A stretch of DNA of 64,000 bases from an uncultured Methanosarcinaceae archaeon (GCA_963733675.1 CAVTET010000004.1:750082-814081); one strand, 5' to 3'. Positions 33,982 through 45,056 are shown, numbered from the stretch's first letter. The notes: generated from the sequence alone by a model not told the origin. Program-made: numbers and translations.

Positions 33982-36165
33982 ATGGAGCGTAACTTCCCCA
34001 TTCAGTGTGCAGATTTTGATAGGTTAGTTATGGATGATTTTGAAGGGAATCGGGTAGAAGTTTCCAGCATGTCTGACCTCAGTGATCCCTGTCTGTATAC
34101 GGATCGCGAATATAGCTGGCTTCAGTTTAATAACAGGGTGTTAGAAGAGGCTTTCAACAAGCATAATCCACTACTTGAGAGGGTCAAATTCCTTTCCATT
34201 TTTGGGAGCAACCTCGACGAGTTTTTTATGGTTAGGGTTTCAGGAGTTCACAAGAGAATAACAGAAGGAATAAAAGAAAATTTAAACGTTGAGCTCGCGC
34301 AACAGCAGCTTCATATCATCCGGGAAGAACTTATTAGGCAGCTTCCTCTCAATGACAGCTGCTGGAATGAAGTGCTTGAGCCCGCCCTTAGAGAAAATGG
34401 GATTAAATGTTTAAACTACTTTGAACTGTCTGAAAAGGACAGAGAATGGCTCAGAGATTACTTTGAAAAAAGCATTTTTCCTTTACTTACCCCTCTAGGC
34501 TTCGATTCAGGACACCCTTTCCCACACATCTCGAATCTGAGTCTTAACCTGGCAGTACTTATTGATGATCCTGAATATGGAGAGCGTTTTGCTAGGGTCA
34601 AAATACCTCCAATGTTCAAGAGGATGATTTTAGTTCCTGAGGATGGTGGGGAAGAAACAACTTCAAGTTTCGAGAATTTTAAAACCGGTCGTTTTGTGTG
34701 GATTGAACAACTCATTGCTGCAAACCTTGACATCCTATTTCCTGGGCAGCATATCCTGGGAGCTTATCCATTCAGAATCACACGAGATGCAGACCTCGGA
34801 TTCGATGAAGATGGGGATAAAGATCTTTTGACTGCTGTAAAGCAGAGGATTGGAATAAACTACTTTGGGCCAGCTGTTAGACTTGAAATTGACTATACAA
34901 TGCCCCCTAAAGTCTATGATATCCTCCTTAAGAACCTAGGCCTTACTGCTTCTCTCATGCTCAAATCGGCAGCCCCTCTGGGCCTTTCAAGTCTCAATAA
35001 CCTTACGCAGATCAACCGTCCTGAGCTCAAATACAAGCCCTTCGAATCGAGAAAACATCCTCAATTGATTGATAAGAAAAATATTTTTGCGGTCCTTAAA
35101 AAGAGAGATGTTCTCCTCTATCACCCCTATGATAGTTTCGAATCGGTAATTGATTTCGTGGAAGAAGCTGCCGATGATCCAGATGTTGTTACAATCAAAA
35201 TGACATTATACAGGGTAGATGACAACTCTAGGATCATTCAGGCTCTGATGAAAGCTGCAGACAGAAAAAAACAAGTTGCAGTTCTAGTGGAACTTAAAGC
35301 CCGCTTTGACGAGGAGAACAATATAGGGTGGGCAAAAGAACTTGAGCGTAAAGGCGTTCACGTTGCCTATGGTTTCCCTGGGCGCAAGACTCATGCTAAG
35401 ATGTGCTTAGTAGTCAGGATCGAAAAAGAAGGAATCAAGTATTATGTGCATATGAGTACAGGAAACTACAACGCTGTCACAGGAAAACTCTATACCGACT
35501 TTGGTTATCTGACAAGTGACTCATTTATAGGTAAGGATATTTCGGACCTTTTTAATGCTCTTACAGGTTATTCGAAAAAGACTCATTATATCAAGCTCCT
35601 TGTTGCCCCTCAGGACCTCAGGCACCAAATTCTTGAGCGCATCAGGCGCGAGATTGACATGCACGAAAAGTATGGAAATGGGCACATGATCTTCAAGATG
35701 AATTCTCTAGTGGATGATCAGTGTATCCGGGAACTTTACAGAGCTTCGCGCATCGGAGTAAAGATAGACCTTCTTATCAGAGGAATTTGCTGCCTCAGAC
35801 CCGGTATATTTAGACTCAGTGAACAAATAAGGGTTATTTCAATAGTTGGCCGCTTTCTTGAACACTCCAGAGCATACTATTTCAGGAACGGGGGAAAAGA
35901 AGAAATTTTTATGGGCAGCGCTGATCTAATGCCGCGTAATCTGGACAACAGAGTAGAAATTCTCTTCCCCATATCAACTGCATACATTCCTATTGTAAGG
36001 GATGTCATACTTGGTATTCAACTGAAAGATAACATAAAAGCCCGTCTGTTGCTTCCTAACGGCAGGACTGAAATGATTCACCCAAAGCCTGAAGAAGAAC
36101 TGGATTCTCAACTGTGGATGCTTGAGAATAGTAAAAGCTGGGATCTGATTACTCAGAAAGGCTGA
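33982..36165 (+). CDS. ppk1: Polyphosphate kinase 1
   Basis: REYSWLQFNNRVL, NPLLERVKFL, NLDEFFMVRV, HPFPHISN, YHPYDSF, ELKARFDEENNI, KTHAKM, STGNYN, GRFLEHSR. Exact start uncertain (33973/33982/34030). Confidence 0.97.
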   Translation: MERNFPIQCADFDRLVMDDFEGNRVEVSSMSDLSDPCLYTDREYSWLQFNNRVLEEAFNKHNPLLERVKFLSIFGSNLDEFFMVRVSGVHKRITEGIKENLNVELAQQQLHIIREELIRQLPLNDSCWNEVLEPALRENGIKCLNYFELSEKDREWLRDYFEKSIFPLLTPLGFDSGHPFPHISNLSLNLAVLIDDPEYGERFARVKIPPMFKRMILVPEDGGEETTSSFENFKTGRFVWIEQLIAANLDILFPGQHILGAYPFRITRDADLGFDEDGDKDLLTAVKQRIGINYFGPAVRLEIDYTMPPKVYDILLKNLGLTASLMLKSAAPLGLSSLNNLTQINRPELKYKPFESRKHPQLIDKKNIFAVLKKRDVLLYHPYDSFESVIDFVEEAADDPDVVTIKMTLYRVDDNSRIIQALMKAADRKKQVAVLVELKARFDEENNIGWAKELERKGVHVAYGFPGRKTHAKMCLVVRIEKEGIKYYVHMSTGNYNAVTGKLYTDFGYLTSDSFIGKDISDLFNALTGYSKKTHYIKLLVAPQDLRHQILERIRREIDMHEKYGNGHMIFKMNSLVDDQCIRELYRASRIGVKIDLLIRGICCLRPGIFRLSEQIRVISIVGRFLEHSRAYYFRNGGKEEIFMGSADLMPRNLDNRVEILFPISTAYIPIVRDVILGIQLKDNIKARLLLPNGRTEMIHPKPEEELDSQLWMLENSKSWDLITQKG

Positions 36166-36638
36166 AAAATATCTTCCGTCATCTATTTTTGCTTAGTTAT
36201 AATCCCACAGTAAAAATTTACACTTCAAAAACTTCGAAAAACGTATGTATTTCAAGTGCATAAAATCTCCATTAATCATAAACGCAAAGTTAAACGAAGG
36301 AAAGCATGGAAAAAAGGAAAATTGATCCTCTACGTCCTTTCATTGGTATACTTTTGAAAATTATAATCAATTCGTGAGTTTACTATAAATGAACAATAAA
36401 GAACTTCCATTATTTTTTGCTGTTTCTTGCAGCAATTCCAAGACAACTACCCATAAGCTATTCAATCGTATTCAGTTTCATGCACTGAAGGTTATTGTGA
36501 AGCTTTTAGTAGTGAAATTGTCCATGCTGAACCTCCATCACAGAAAGTTTCATAATCTTTAGGTACCTCTTTTCAACTTTAAGACCTGAAAATTTCTGAA
36601 TTTCCGAAGTTCCATCCAGAATCAAAGTTGCGCTGGCG

Positions 36639-37245
36639 CACCCCGCTGCAAGCAACGGGGTATGTTCGCGCCACCGCTCTGGTTGTAATGGCTATTAAAA
36701 ATCGAGTATGTTCATTTGCTGATATGCTTCTTTTTCTTCCCTGTTTCCCTGATTTTCAACATAGTTTTTGATAACATCTGAAGTTGTTCCATCTTCTATA
36801 GTTCCAATGTAACCTCCATCACTCCAAATTTAACAACCAAAAAGCTTTTTTGATCTCAGGGTATTGTTTAAAGATTTATCTTGCTATAATACTTTTTATA
36901 ATTTGCATGACTTTTGAAGGAGAATACTTTGGTTCAGCTCCAACAAAAAGATGTACATGATCACCATCACTACCAATTGCATCAAACTCAAAACAGTATC
37001 TTTCACTAATTTCAAAGCATACGTTTTTCAAAAATTTGATGAGTTCTGTCCCTAAAAAAAAGATTTTTACGGTACTTCAAACAAAAAAACCATGTGATAT
37101 CTTATTTTATATACACAATGGTTTGCACGTCTTAGTTCCATTTACAGTACAAATGTAGCAAAAAATATAAATTTATTATTTAACAACGGTTATCAGGGAA
37201 GTTTTCCATCCCCGCAGCAAGCTGCGAGTATTCGATTGAAATAAT
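36639..37245 (-). mobile_element. IS200-type element with frameshifted TnpA (36695-37141), copy 2, with both terminal hairpins
   Basis: MELRRANHCVYKIRYHMVF…GSDGDHVHLFVGAEPKYSPS (HUH)…WSDGGYIGT. Hairpins ccccgctgcaagcaacgggg (36641) and ccccgcagcaagctgcgag (37210). Confidence 0.88.
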
Positions 37246-37398
37246 ATTGGATGTCATAAATGCCGCTTGGGCCATAACCGCCGCCATTGCCCACATAGCC
37301 TTGTGCACTCGTTCTCACTGCGTCACAGATCATACAAAAAGTACTGCCAGCAAAATAGTTAGTACCTTTTTCATTCTACTAGATACGTGTTTCAACAT
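37246..37398 (-). pseudogene. Fragment of a secreted Gly-rich small protein, truncated by IS200
   Basis: MLKHVSSRMKKVLTILLAVLFV*SVT [frameshift] AVRTSA-QGYVGNGGGYGPSG. Confidence 0.5.
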
Positions 37399-38449
37399 TT
37401 TCTTTCACCCCGTTATGCTTAAAATCAAAAATTATAATAGAATTTGTTTTTAGTAACTATTCAAGCTATCAAAATTTAGTTGATTGATATCCATTCTATT
37501 ACACCAACAAATTTCGATGAAATACAAAACTTACTTAGCTTACTAGTTATTTTAAATTAATTATAAAAAAATAGTTTCTGAATAAAAATAATTTCCCATA
37601 AGATATTTTGACATTGAACAATAATTTGATATTAATTATGTTTTTTTATAATAGTTCTGAGTAAAGATTATTTTTGCATGAAACTTTGAAAGAATTATAT
37701 ATAAGTTAATATTAATTATAGATTATCATTATTTCTGAATCTTCACCATATGTTGTGAATATTATCTAAATGATTCACGAAAATAAAAGGTTCATTGATA
37801 CATTTATTTATTCATATTTTAAAAGCAAAATTTTGATGATGGTACTTTTTTTTTGCACCGTTTTTTTGTGGTAAAACCTATGGATCAAGAAAACCTGGAA
37901 ATCCTGTTTTTTACTGAAAGAAAAAGATGGAGAATAATCATTTTTACAGAACTTTCAGTACACTGCTAACTTTGGTAGTATTGAAAATTTGCTGTAAACT
38001 GGAAGTCGTATTTTGCATATAGAATCTAATTCAGTTTTTCTGATATTAGATTCTCTTTTTTTAATTTTTAAAATTGATTTTGATAAAACAATTTTCATAA
38101 ATTAATTTAATTAAAATCAATAACTTGGAGTTTATTGAATTTTGCATGCTTTTTAGTATTTTTTTGCATTTGATAGGGGGCTACTAACACGCTAGAAAAA
38201 AAATATATTCTTTTATTAAATGGAATAATTGAGTTTACAGACATATAGTCAAAATTTTTGAGACTTTCATTTTTGCAGTGGAAGTTTTGTACCTCGTAAA
38301 AAATTTAAAAATCGTGAAAAATCTATAATAGGTTCTAAATTGCACATTTGAAGTAAAAAATCAAACACTTTAGGAATTTAGGAATTATAGTATAATCAAA
38401 AAAAATTGAATAAAATAAAGCAAATTTTACAGAAAATTATTCAAGTTGC

Positions 38450-38900
38450 TATTTTTAATTAAGCTTCTGATCTTTTCTTGGTGGTAATTTTACAACTTAT
38501 AGCCAAAATTGTTCTATAGAACCAATTACTTTCATGAATTCATCAAATCCAAAAAGTTTAACAATATAAGCATTGAAATTTTTTATCCATGCTATAATTG
38601 AGGCCAAAATTGACTGATTTTGCAACGCTTCTTTGCTGCTTCATTAATTTCGTTCCGCATAAACATGAAACATAGCTCCTTATGGTACCAAGCATATGAA
38701 TTTAATGTAGATAAAGTTTTTTTGTCGTTCCAGGCTTTTGAATCCGCGGGTTAAGTTCATTTGCTTTGTCAAATGCTTTAATTGCATCTTCATCCTTGTT
38801 TAATCTATATAGAGCAACTTCTGTATTGTATTAAGCATCTGAATCATGCCGATTATTTTTAATTGCTTTGTCATTAGTTTTTATTGCTTTTTCTGGTTGA
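38450..38900 (-). pseudogene. TPR protein remnant
   Basis: DSDA*YNTEVALYRLNKDEDAIKAFDKANELNP…KAWNDK and AWYHK fragments. Confidence 0.6.
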
Positions 38901-39156
38901 TAATTCAAAAATTATCTAACCAGTTAATGAAATTTTATAAAACCTTACTTATTTATAGTCAAAATATTGCCAAGTTTATTCATAAATTAAGGTATGATTC
39001 CAAAATGAATTTAAGTTTTTTAATCAAAGTGTCAAATGATGCTTGAATATACTAACTGATCCACATAAAAAAGCCACCGTTAACGAAAAATCATCATGGA
39101 AATCACAATGCTCAATATTTCATAGAAACCGTCATTGTCTATGGCATGGTCTCTAC

Positions 39157-39216
39157 CACGATTATAAGGTCGGGTATTCACGTCTAAAGCAGTAAACAGC
39201 CTACATTATAATCGTG
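39157..39216. repeat. Palindromic mini-element, inverted homolog of 17605-17666
   Basis: cacgattataa / ttataatcgtg inverted repeat. Internal gtattcacgtctaaa and flanking aaaatgagacaaca are shared with the 17.6-kb copy. Confidence 0.75.
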
Positions 39217-39539
39217 AAAATGAGACAACATTTTTTTGGAGATAGACATTATTAAAAACAAAGAAACAAACGAATCAAAAACATTTCCTCTTTCCAACAT
39301 GATTCAAAGTCCTCAAAATTTTCCCACGGATATGAGTGAGGACTTTTCAATCAACTTCGAAAATATTTACACATATAAACAATAATAACCGTATTCAATG
39401 ACTTGAAAATCGCAGTTAATTATTCAGTTAACGATAATTCATCTTCCTTTTTATTAATTTTTTTCTTTTCCTGGTCCCTTTTTACCTATCATATAGACAT
39501 TTTTATTCCAGTCAAATACCCCAAATATTGCTTTAAGGA

Positions 39540-40100
39540 TGAAAACTTCCCGAGACCTTTATTAACTAAATGATTTATATCTTAAGCTACCTTTGTAATA
39601 TAAAATAGAACTACAGAATGTAAACCATTGTGCATATAAAATAAGATATCAAATAGTTTTTTACGAACTGTCATAAAAAATTCAAATTAGACACTAACAT
39701 AATAAATTATTTAAGACACATATACTTTGAAATTGGTAAAAGATGCTTTTTTAAGTTTGATTTAATTGATATTTATGATGATTATGCACATCTTTTCTTT
39801 GGATACTGAACCAAAATATTTTATTTCAAGATTCATGCAGATTAGAAAAAGTATCAAATAAAAAAAATCTTTAAATAATACCATGTGATTAAAAAAAAGT
39901 TATTAGACAGTTAACTATGAAGTGATGTAGGTTACATAGGAATTGTGATGACGATACAACTTCCGATTTCTTTAAAAATTATATTGAAAACAAAAAGAAA
40001 AAAATCATGACGCAAGTGAAAATATTTGATTTTTAATTATTCCTTTACATTCAGAGCAGTGAAATGAATATCTCATATTTCTTGCAGCTGTGTAGCAACC
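39540..40100 (+). mobile_element. IS200-type TnpA pseudo-element, copy 3 (inverted relative to copies 1 and 2)
   Basis: tgatttatatcttaagctacctttg…gaactacagaatgtaaaccattgtgcatataaaataagatatc is nearly the reverse complement of 32138-32220. Confidence 0.78.
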
Positions 40101-40320
40101 GAAATTTAGATTTTTTTTCGATTTCAATCTTTCTCTTATTATAAACCTCAGATGAGCAGAGTTTTTTGAACTTACAATTTTACATATTAATAGATAGTAG
40201 AAAATCAGTGGAAAATAAATCTAAAATAGAGTAAAGTCTGAAAGAATATGATGAAACTGATTTTAGAGTCTCTTGACCCCTTCAATGAAAACAAAAAACA
40301 GTACATTCAGGTGCTAGTCA

Positions 40321-41886
40321 ATGGAACCTAATGCAAATTCTGGAGGCCGGATTGTTGCGTTTATTGATATCGGGACTAACTCTATCAGACTCCTCCTGGT
40401 CCGGATTAATCCAAATGGGTCCTACCAGTCCCTGACCAAGCAGAAGGAAACCGTCCGGCTTGGTGACAAGGAATTCATAGATAAAATTCTGCAACCTAAG
40501 GCAATGGAACGCTCAGTTATTGTCTGCAAAAAATTAATGGAACTTTCAAGGGCTTACAGGACAGAAGAAGTTGTAGCAGTAGCTACATCGGCGACTCGGG
40601 ATGCAAGCAATAAGGTTCAATTTCTCGAAATGTTGAAAAAGGAGGCAAACCTTGAGGTCTGCACGATTTCAGGAACTGAAGAAGCCCGTCTGATCTACTT
40701 AGGAGTTTCAAGCGGGCTCCGGCTCGGAGATTCAAAGGCCCTTTTCATTGACATCGGAGGTGGGAGTACTGAAGTATCTGTCGGGGACCAAAGGCAGTAT
40801 TATTTCCTTGACTCCCTTAACCTTGGGGCTGTTCGTCTGACAAATATGTTCATCCCGGATGAGACTGGTCCGATTTCAGAAGAACAGTATGAACAAATTA
40901 AGCTTTATGTCCGAAGCAAGGCTGTAAATGCAATAAGAGAGCTTTCCAAATACAGAATATGCTGCGCTGTTGGAAGTTCAGGAACCATAGAAAATCTTGC
41001 CAGAATCGCTTTTGTTTACCTTCACAAGACAACCTATGAAAACTATGAGAAGCTAGAGTATGAAGACTTGAAGAAGATTGTCAAAGATATGTGCTCCTTA
41101 TCCCTTGAAGAGAGACGCAACTTTCCTGGAATCAATTCACAGAGAGCAGATATTATAATCTCAGGAGCCGCGATCATCGAAACTTTGATGAGCGAGCTGG
41201 GACTTTCCAAGATAATGGTCAGTAAACTCGGATTAAGAGAAGGCCTACTCGTAGATTACATCTCAAAAAGCGAATTTTCCTACATGATTACTCACATGTC
41301 TGTAAGAAAGCGCAGTATTATGCAGCTTGGACTCACCTGCAACTTTGATGAAGAACATGCCCATATTGTCACTAACCTGGCCCTTGAACTATATGACAGT
41401 ATTCAGACGCTAGGAATATATGAATTTAGGAATGGAGAAAGGGAGCTTCTTGAGTATGGTTCAACTCTGCACGATATCGGGACATTTATCTCATACGACA
41501 CTCATCAGGCCCATGCTTATCACCTAATAAAGGAGAGCAATCTTCCAGGTTTTCAGCCTGAAGAAATCGAAATAATTGCAAATCTTGCTTATTTTCACAG
41601 GAAAAACATTCCTAAAAAAAAACACTCAAATCTCACTGAGCTTAATAAAGATACAATAAAAAGTATTCGAATCCTAAGTGCCCTTCTCCGCATAGCAGAA
41701 AGTCTTGACCGTTCCCATGCGGGTATTATCTCTAATGTTCGATTTTACATTGCCTCTACTGACAGCCTTGTGCTTGAAATACATGCCAAGAGTGAGTGCC
41801 AGCTCGAGATATGGGAAGTAGAGAAGCATAAAAAGTATTTCAAGAAAGTTTTTGGATACAGCATCCAATCCAAAGTTATTATATAA
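40321..41886 (+). CDS. ppx: Exopolyphosphatase Ppx/GppA with C-terminal HD domain
   Basis: IDIGTNSIRL, VATSATRDA, EEARLIYLG, IDIGGGSTE, GLREG, LHDIG. Confidence 0.95.
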   Translation: MEPNANSGGRIVAFIDIGTNSIRLLLVRINPNGSYQSLTKQKETVRLGDKEFIDKILQPKAMERSVIVCKKLMELSRAYRTEEVVAVATSATRDASNKVQFLEMLKKEANLEVCTISGTEEARLIYLGVSSGLRLGDSKALFIDIGGGSTEVSVGDQRQYYFLDSLNLGAVRLTNMFIPDETGPISEEQYEQIKLYVRSKAVNAIRELSKYRICCAVGSSGTIENLARIAFVYLHKTTYENYEKLEYEDLKKIVKDMCSLSLEERRNFPGINSQRADIIISGAAIIETLMSELGLSKIMVSKLGLREGLLVDYISKSEFSYMITHMSVRKRSIMQLGLTCNFDEEHAHIVTNLALELYDSIQTLGIYEFRNGERELLEYGSTLHDIGTFISYDTHQAHAYHLIKESNLPGFQPEEIEIIANLAYFHRKNIPKKKHSNLTELNKDTIKSIRILSALLRIAESLDRSHAGIISNVRFYIASTDSLVLEIHAKSECQLEIWEVEKHKKYFKKVFGYSIQSKVII

Positions 41887-41984
41887 CAGGATGTTTAGGC
41901 GCAGTTAATTACTGAAGGAAGTACATGACATGTGAAATCTAGAAGTTTAGATAGACCCAAAAAATTAAAAAAATTATAATTTAG

Positions 41985-42072
41985 GAGGGTTTCGATAAAC
42001 CCCTAAATTTATTTATATACTTATAAATATTAATATATGATTCATGAAAATAAGAAGTTTATCTAAATTTTC
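41985..42072. mobile_element. ~90-bp MITE-like element, homolog of 27734-27822
   Basis: gagggtttcgataaacccctaaattt…aagtttatctaaattttc. Confidence 0.6.
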
Positions 42073-42376
42073 AGGATATGTGGCTATTGCAGGGGAACAA
42101 TTCTTACACCATCTGAGAACTTATCTCTATACTGAAACAAATATCTAGATCACTTAACAATTTTTGAATTTGAAATTCAAAATAGAGGAAAAGATAGTTT
42201 TTTTTAAATAATCTATGAACGAAAGAGGAGGGGAAAGGTGAAGAAAAAAAACCAAAGAGAGAAGAAAAAGGCTGAAATGAGCAGTACTCCGATTTTCTGT
42301 AGTTCAGAATAACACTTCATCCATACATAGAAATTTTAGTTTCATTGTAGGATTGCCTTTAGAGAATTCAATATTG

Positions 42377-42560
42377 TAGAAAATTTCGATAAACTCCTAG
42401 CATTATGAGTATTGAATAGATAAAATCTTTTAACCATAATTTTTACTCATGAAAACTTTTACTGATTTTGCTCTTAAAGAAAAACACAAACTTTTTCAGT
42501 CAGTTTGAGACAAACTTGCTGAAATTAATACCTGACTTGATTGAAAATCTTTGAGTAATT
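42377..42560 (+). mobile_element. IS5-family left end and transposase 5' remnant
   Basis: tagaaaatttcgataaactcctagcattatgagtattg has an exact 38-bp inverted copy at 54940-54977. It is followed by MKTFTDFALKEKHKLFQSV*DKLAEIN. Confidence 0.72.
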
Positions 42561-42774
42561 CATTCAATAGACAAATAAGTCCTCACTAAGCCTTGAAATT
42601 TGTATAACTGGGATCGCTAAAAAATATTTTCGGGAAAATATTGCCAGTAGAAACAAAATTTAAATCATAGTTAGGTTGTTTTGGTTGTGAGAATATGGAA
42701 AAATAAAAAAGAGTTTCGAGACGAAATCATTTCAATGTAAAATACAAAAAGAATCTACAGGAAAGACTTAAAAA

Positions 42775-43398
42775 TCAGTCATCAACGATAAAAAGGTATT
42801 CTGGAGGTATCTTTTCTGCAAGTGCTATGTAATCTGTTGCAAGCTGTAGGGAAATCCCATCTTCATGGGCCTTTAAAGCGTCTATTTGAAGGATCAATGG
42901 ATTTTCAGTATGAATAAGAGCTACTTCTTTTGCCTTTTCATATGAAGTGCTGAGGTGAATATAGCGCTGTTTTATTGGAAAAATTCCGTTCTCCAGCAGA
43001 ACATCTATTTCCTCAGGGCTCACACCATAGTATAAGTATGGTAAATTGCTTTCCGGATAATCTAGGTCAATATTGACAGAGTGACCATAACGTGCCCTGA
43101 TTCTGGAATCACGAATCTCATACCGACCCTTTCTATCTGATTCCACAAGAGCATAAAGATATTCCTTCCTCATCCAATTGTACCGCTTCTCTACAACTTC
43201 ACAAAAAGAGTTTAGATTTACCCAGCCACGCTTGTCCATTTCAACTCCTACAGATTCTGGAAAATGCCTTAGAGTGCCTGATATAAACCTGCCAAGCTTC
43301 TCCTCCCTGCTGTCATCGAGCAAGTATCTGCCAGGGTTTTTACACTGCAGACAGCTGCTCCCTCTAAAATAGCCGTGAACAGTGCATTTTCGAATCAT
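42775..43398 (-). CDS. kptA: RNA 2'-phosphotransferase (Tpt1/KptA)
   Basis: N-terminal Zn motif C..HG…C..C, SGTLRHFP, IRARYGHS, RYIHLS. Likely start MIRKC at 43398. Confidence 0.93.
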   Translation of the reverse strand: MIRKCTVHGYFRGSSCLQCKNPGRYLLDDSREEKLGRFISGTLRHFPESVGVEMDKRGWVNLNSFCEVVEKRYNWMRKEYLYALVESDRKGRYEIRDSRIRARYGHSVNIDLDYPESNLPYLYYGVSPEEIDVLLENGIFPIKQRYIHLSTSYEKAKEVALIHTENPLILQIDALKAHEDGISLQLATDYIALAEKIPPEYLFIVDD

Positions 43399-43552
43399 GA
43401 TATCCTGTACATAATAAAACTTTACCATAAATAAGGTTTCCTCTGAAAAAATTGGTCAGCCTGAAACAGGAGTGCTGTATGCCCCCTCTAGTTGGCACAT
43501 CTACAATATACTGAAATTTTTGCAACGGAACCATAATTTCTCCTTCATAATG

Positions 43553-44407
43553 GGTTCCGTTGCAAAAAATTCAAAAAAATATGTAAATCTATAAGTAATG
43601 AATAAAAATCAAAATATTCAAGGAAAATGTACTAACATTATAAAACTATACCAAACAATTGATTAATGTATTTGACTTCATTAAAAACAGAGTAATTTAG
43701 ATTATTGACTTGTCCTTTTTTGATCATATTCATAGCTTCAATTCCTTTTAAAGTCTTATTAGCAGATCGAAAAGACTGAAATCCTAACATTGGATTAACT
43801 ATCCGCTTTATAGATCTATGATCTTGTTCAATAATGTTATTCAAATACTTGATTTGTCGAATGCCTACGTTTTTAGGTAGTATTTTATCATTTTTCAGTT
43901 TATCTATAGCAGGTGGATAAGCTGGATTTTTATCAACGGTTATTACTCTTGGAATTTGATTATGATTCGAACTTAAAGCTTGCTTAAAGAATCTCTTCGC
44001 TGCCTTTCTATTTCGTTTTGCACTTAACATGAAATCAATTGTATCTCCATTTGAATCAACTGCTCGATAAAGATATTTCCATTTACCTTTTACTTTAATA
44101 TAGGTTTCATCAACTCTACACGAATCATTTGTTGGTCTTAAATGTCTTTTGATATTTTTTTCTATTTCAGGGGAATATTGATGTACCCATCTCATTATAG
44201 TACTGTGATCAACTTGAACTCCTCTTTCTATCATCATTTCCTTTAAATTTCTATAGCTTAATGGGTATTTTAAGTACCATCTTACACTCAATAGGATAAT
44301 TTCTCCTTCATAATGCTTCCATTTAAAGGAATTAGATAGCATGTTACCATCTTTGATTTTCTTTTTATTCTATTGTATCATTAGAAAGGATTTTTTGCAA
44401 CGGAACC
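43553..44407 (-). mobile_element. IS6-family insertion sequence, 855 bp
   Basis: Perfect 18-bp TIRs GGTTCCGTTGCAAAAAAT at 43553-43570 and 44390-44407. No direct target duplication visible. Confidence 0.95.
43638..44342 (-). CDS. IS6-family DDE transposase
   Basis: FKWKHY…VRWYLKYPLSYR, RVDETYIKVKG, YRAVD, TVDKNPAY, NNIIEQDHR. Confidence 0.95.
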   Translation of the reverse strand: MLSNSFKWKHYEGEIILLSVRWYLKYPLSYRNLKEMMIERGVQVDHSTIMRWVHQYSPEIEKNIKRHLRPTNDSCRVDETYIKVKGKWKYLYRAVDSNGDTIDFMLSAKRNRKAAKRFFKQALSSNHNQIPRVITVDKNPAYPPAIDKLKNDKILPKNVGIRQIKYLNNIIEQDHRSIKRIVNPMLGFQSFRSANKTLKGIEAMNMIKKGQVNNLNYSVFNEVKYINQLFGIVL

Positions 44408-44607
44408 TTATATATTGTAGTGTAGACACCAGTAGACACCACAAATCAAAAGGATTGGAAAATAACCGATAGGTATGTGGATAAAGAATTACTTGAAAGA
44501 TGCTGGTCTTATTTCGAATTAAATATATATGGAATGATATTTATTTGAAGCAACTGTATTTGGGTTTACCGTAAACACAACTCTTCCAACATGTTTTTCT
44601 AACTTTT

Positions 44608-45056
44608 TTAATGTGAGTGTTTTGGTGGTAATGTTACAGTTTTAAACCAAAAGTCTTCTATGGATTTAATTACTTTCATAAATTCGTCAAAGTCTATTGG
44701 TTTAATGAGATAGGCATAAGCATGAAGATCATAAACTCTAAGTATGTCTTTTTCAGCACTGGAAGTAGTTAAAATGATTACAGGTATGGTTTTAAGGTCC
44801 TTATTCTCTTTTATTTCTTTAAGAACTTCACGTACATCTTTTTTCGGTAAATTCAAGTCCAAAATAATTATATCTGGAAGCTTAGAACCTAAAAACTGTC
44901 CTTACCGTATAAAAAACGGATTGCTTCTTTTTCGTCTTCTGCAATTTGAATATTAGTTATAACTTTTGCATCACTGAGGAATTCTGTTATTAATCCAATA
45001 TCTCCTTTATTGTCTTCAACTAAAAGAATTTCCAAAGGCTTAGTTAATATATTCAT
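44608..45056 (-). pseudogene. Single-domain response regulator (Rcp-like), frameshifted near 44900
   Basis: MNILTKPLEILLVEDNKGD… then a frameshift to PDIIILDLNLPKKD…PVIILTTSSAEKDILRVYDLHA.AYLIKP. Confidence 0.85.
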
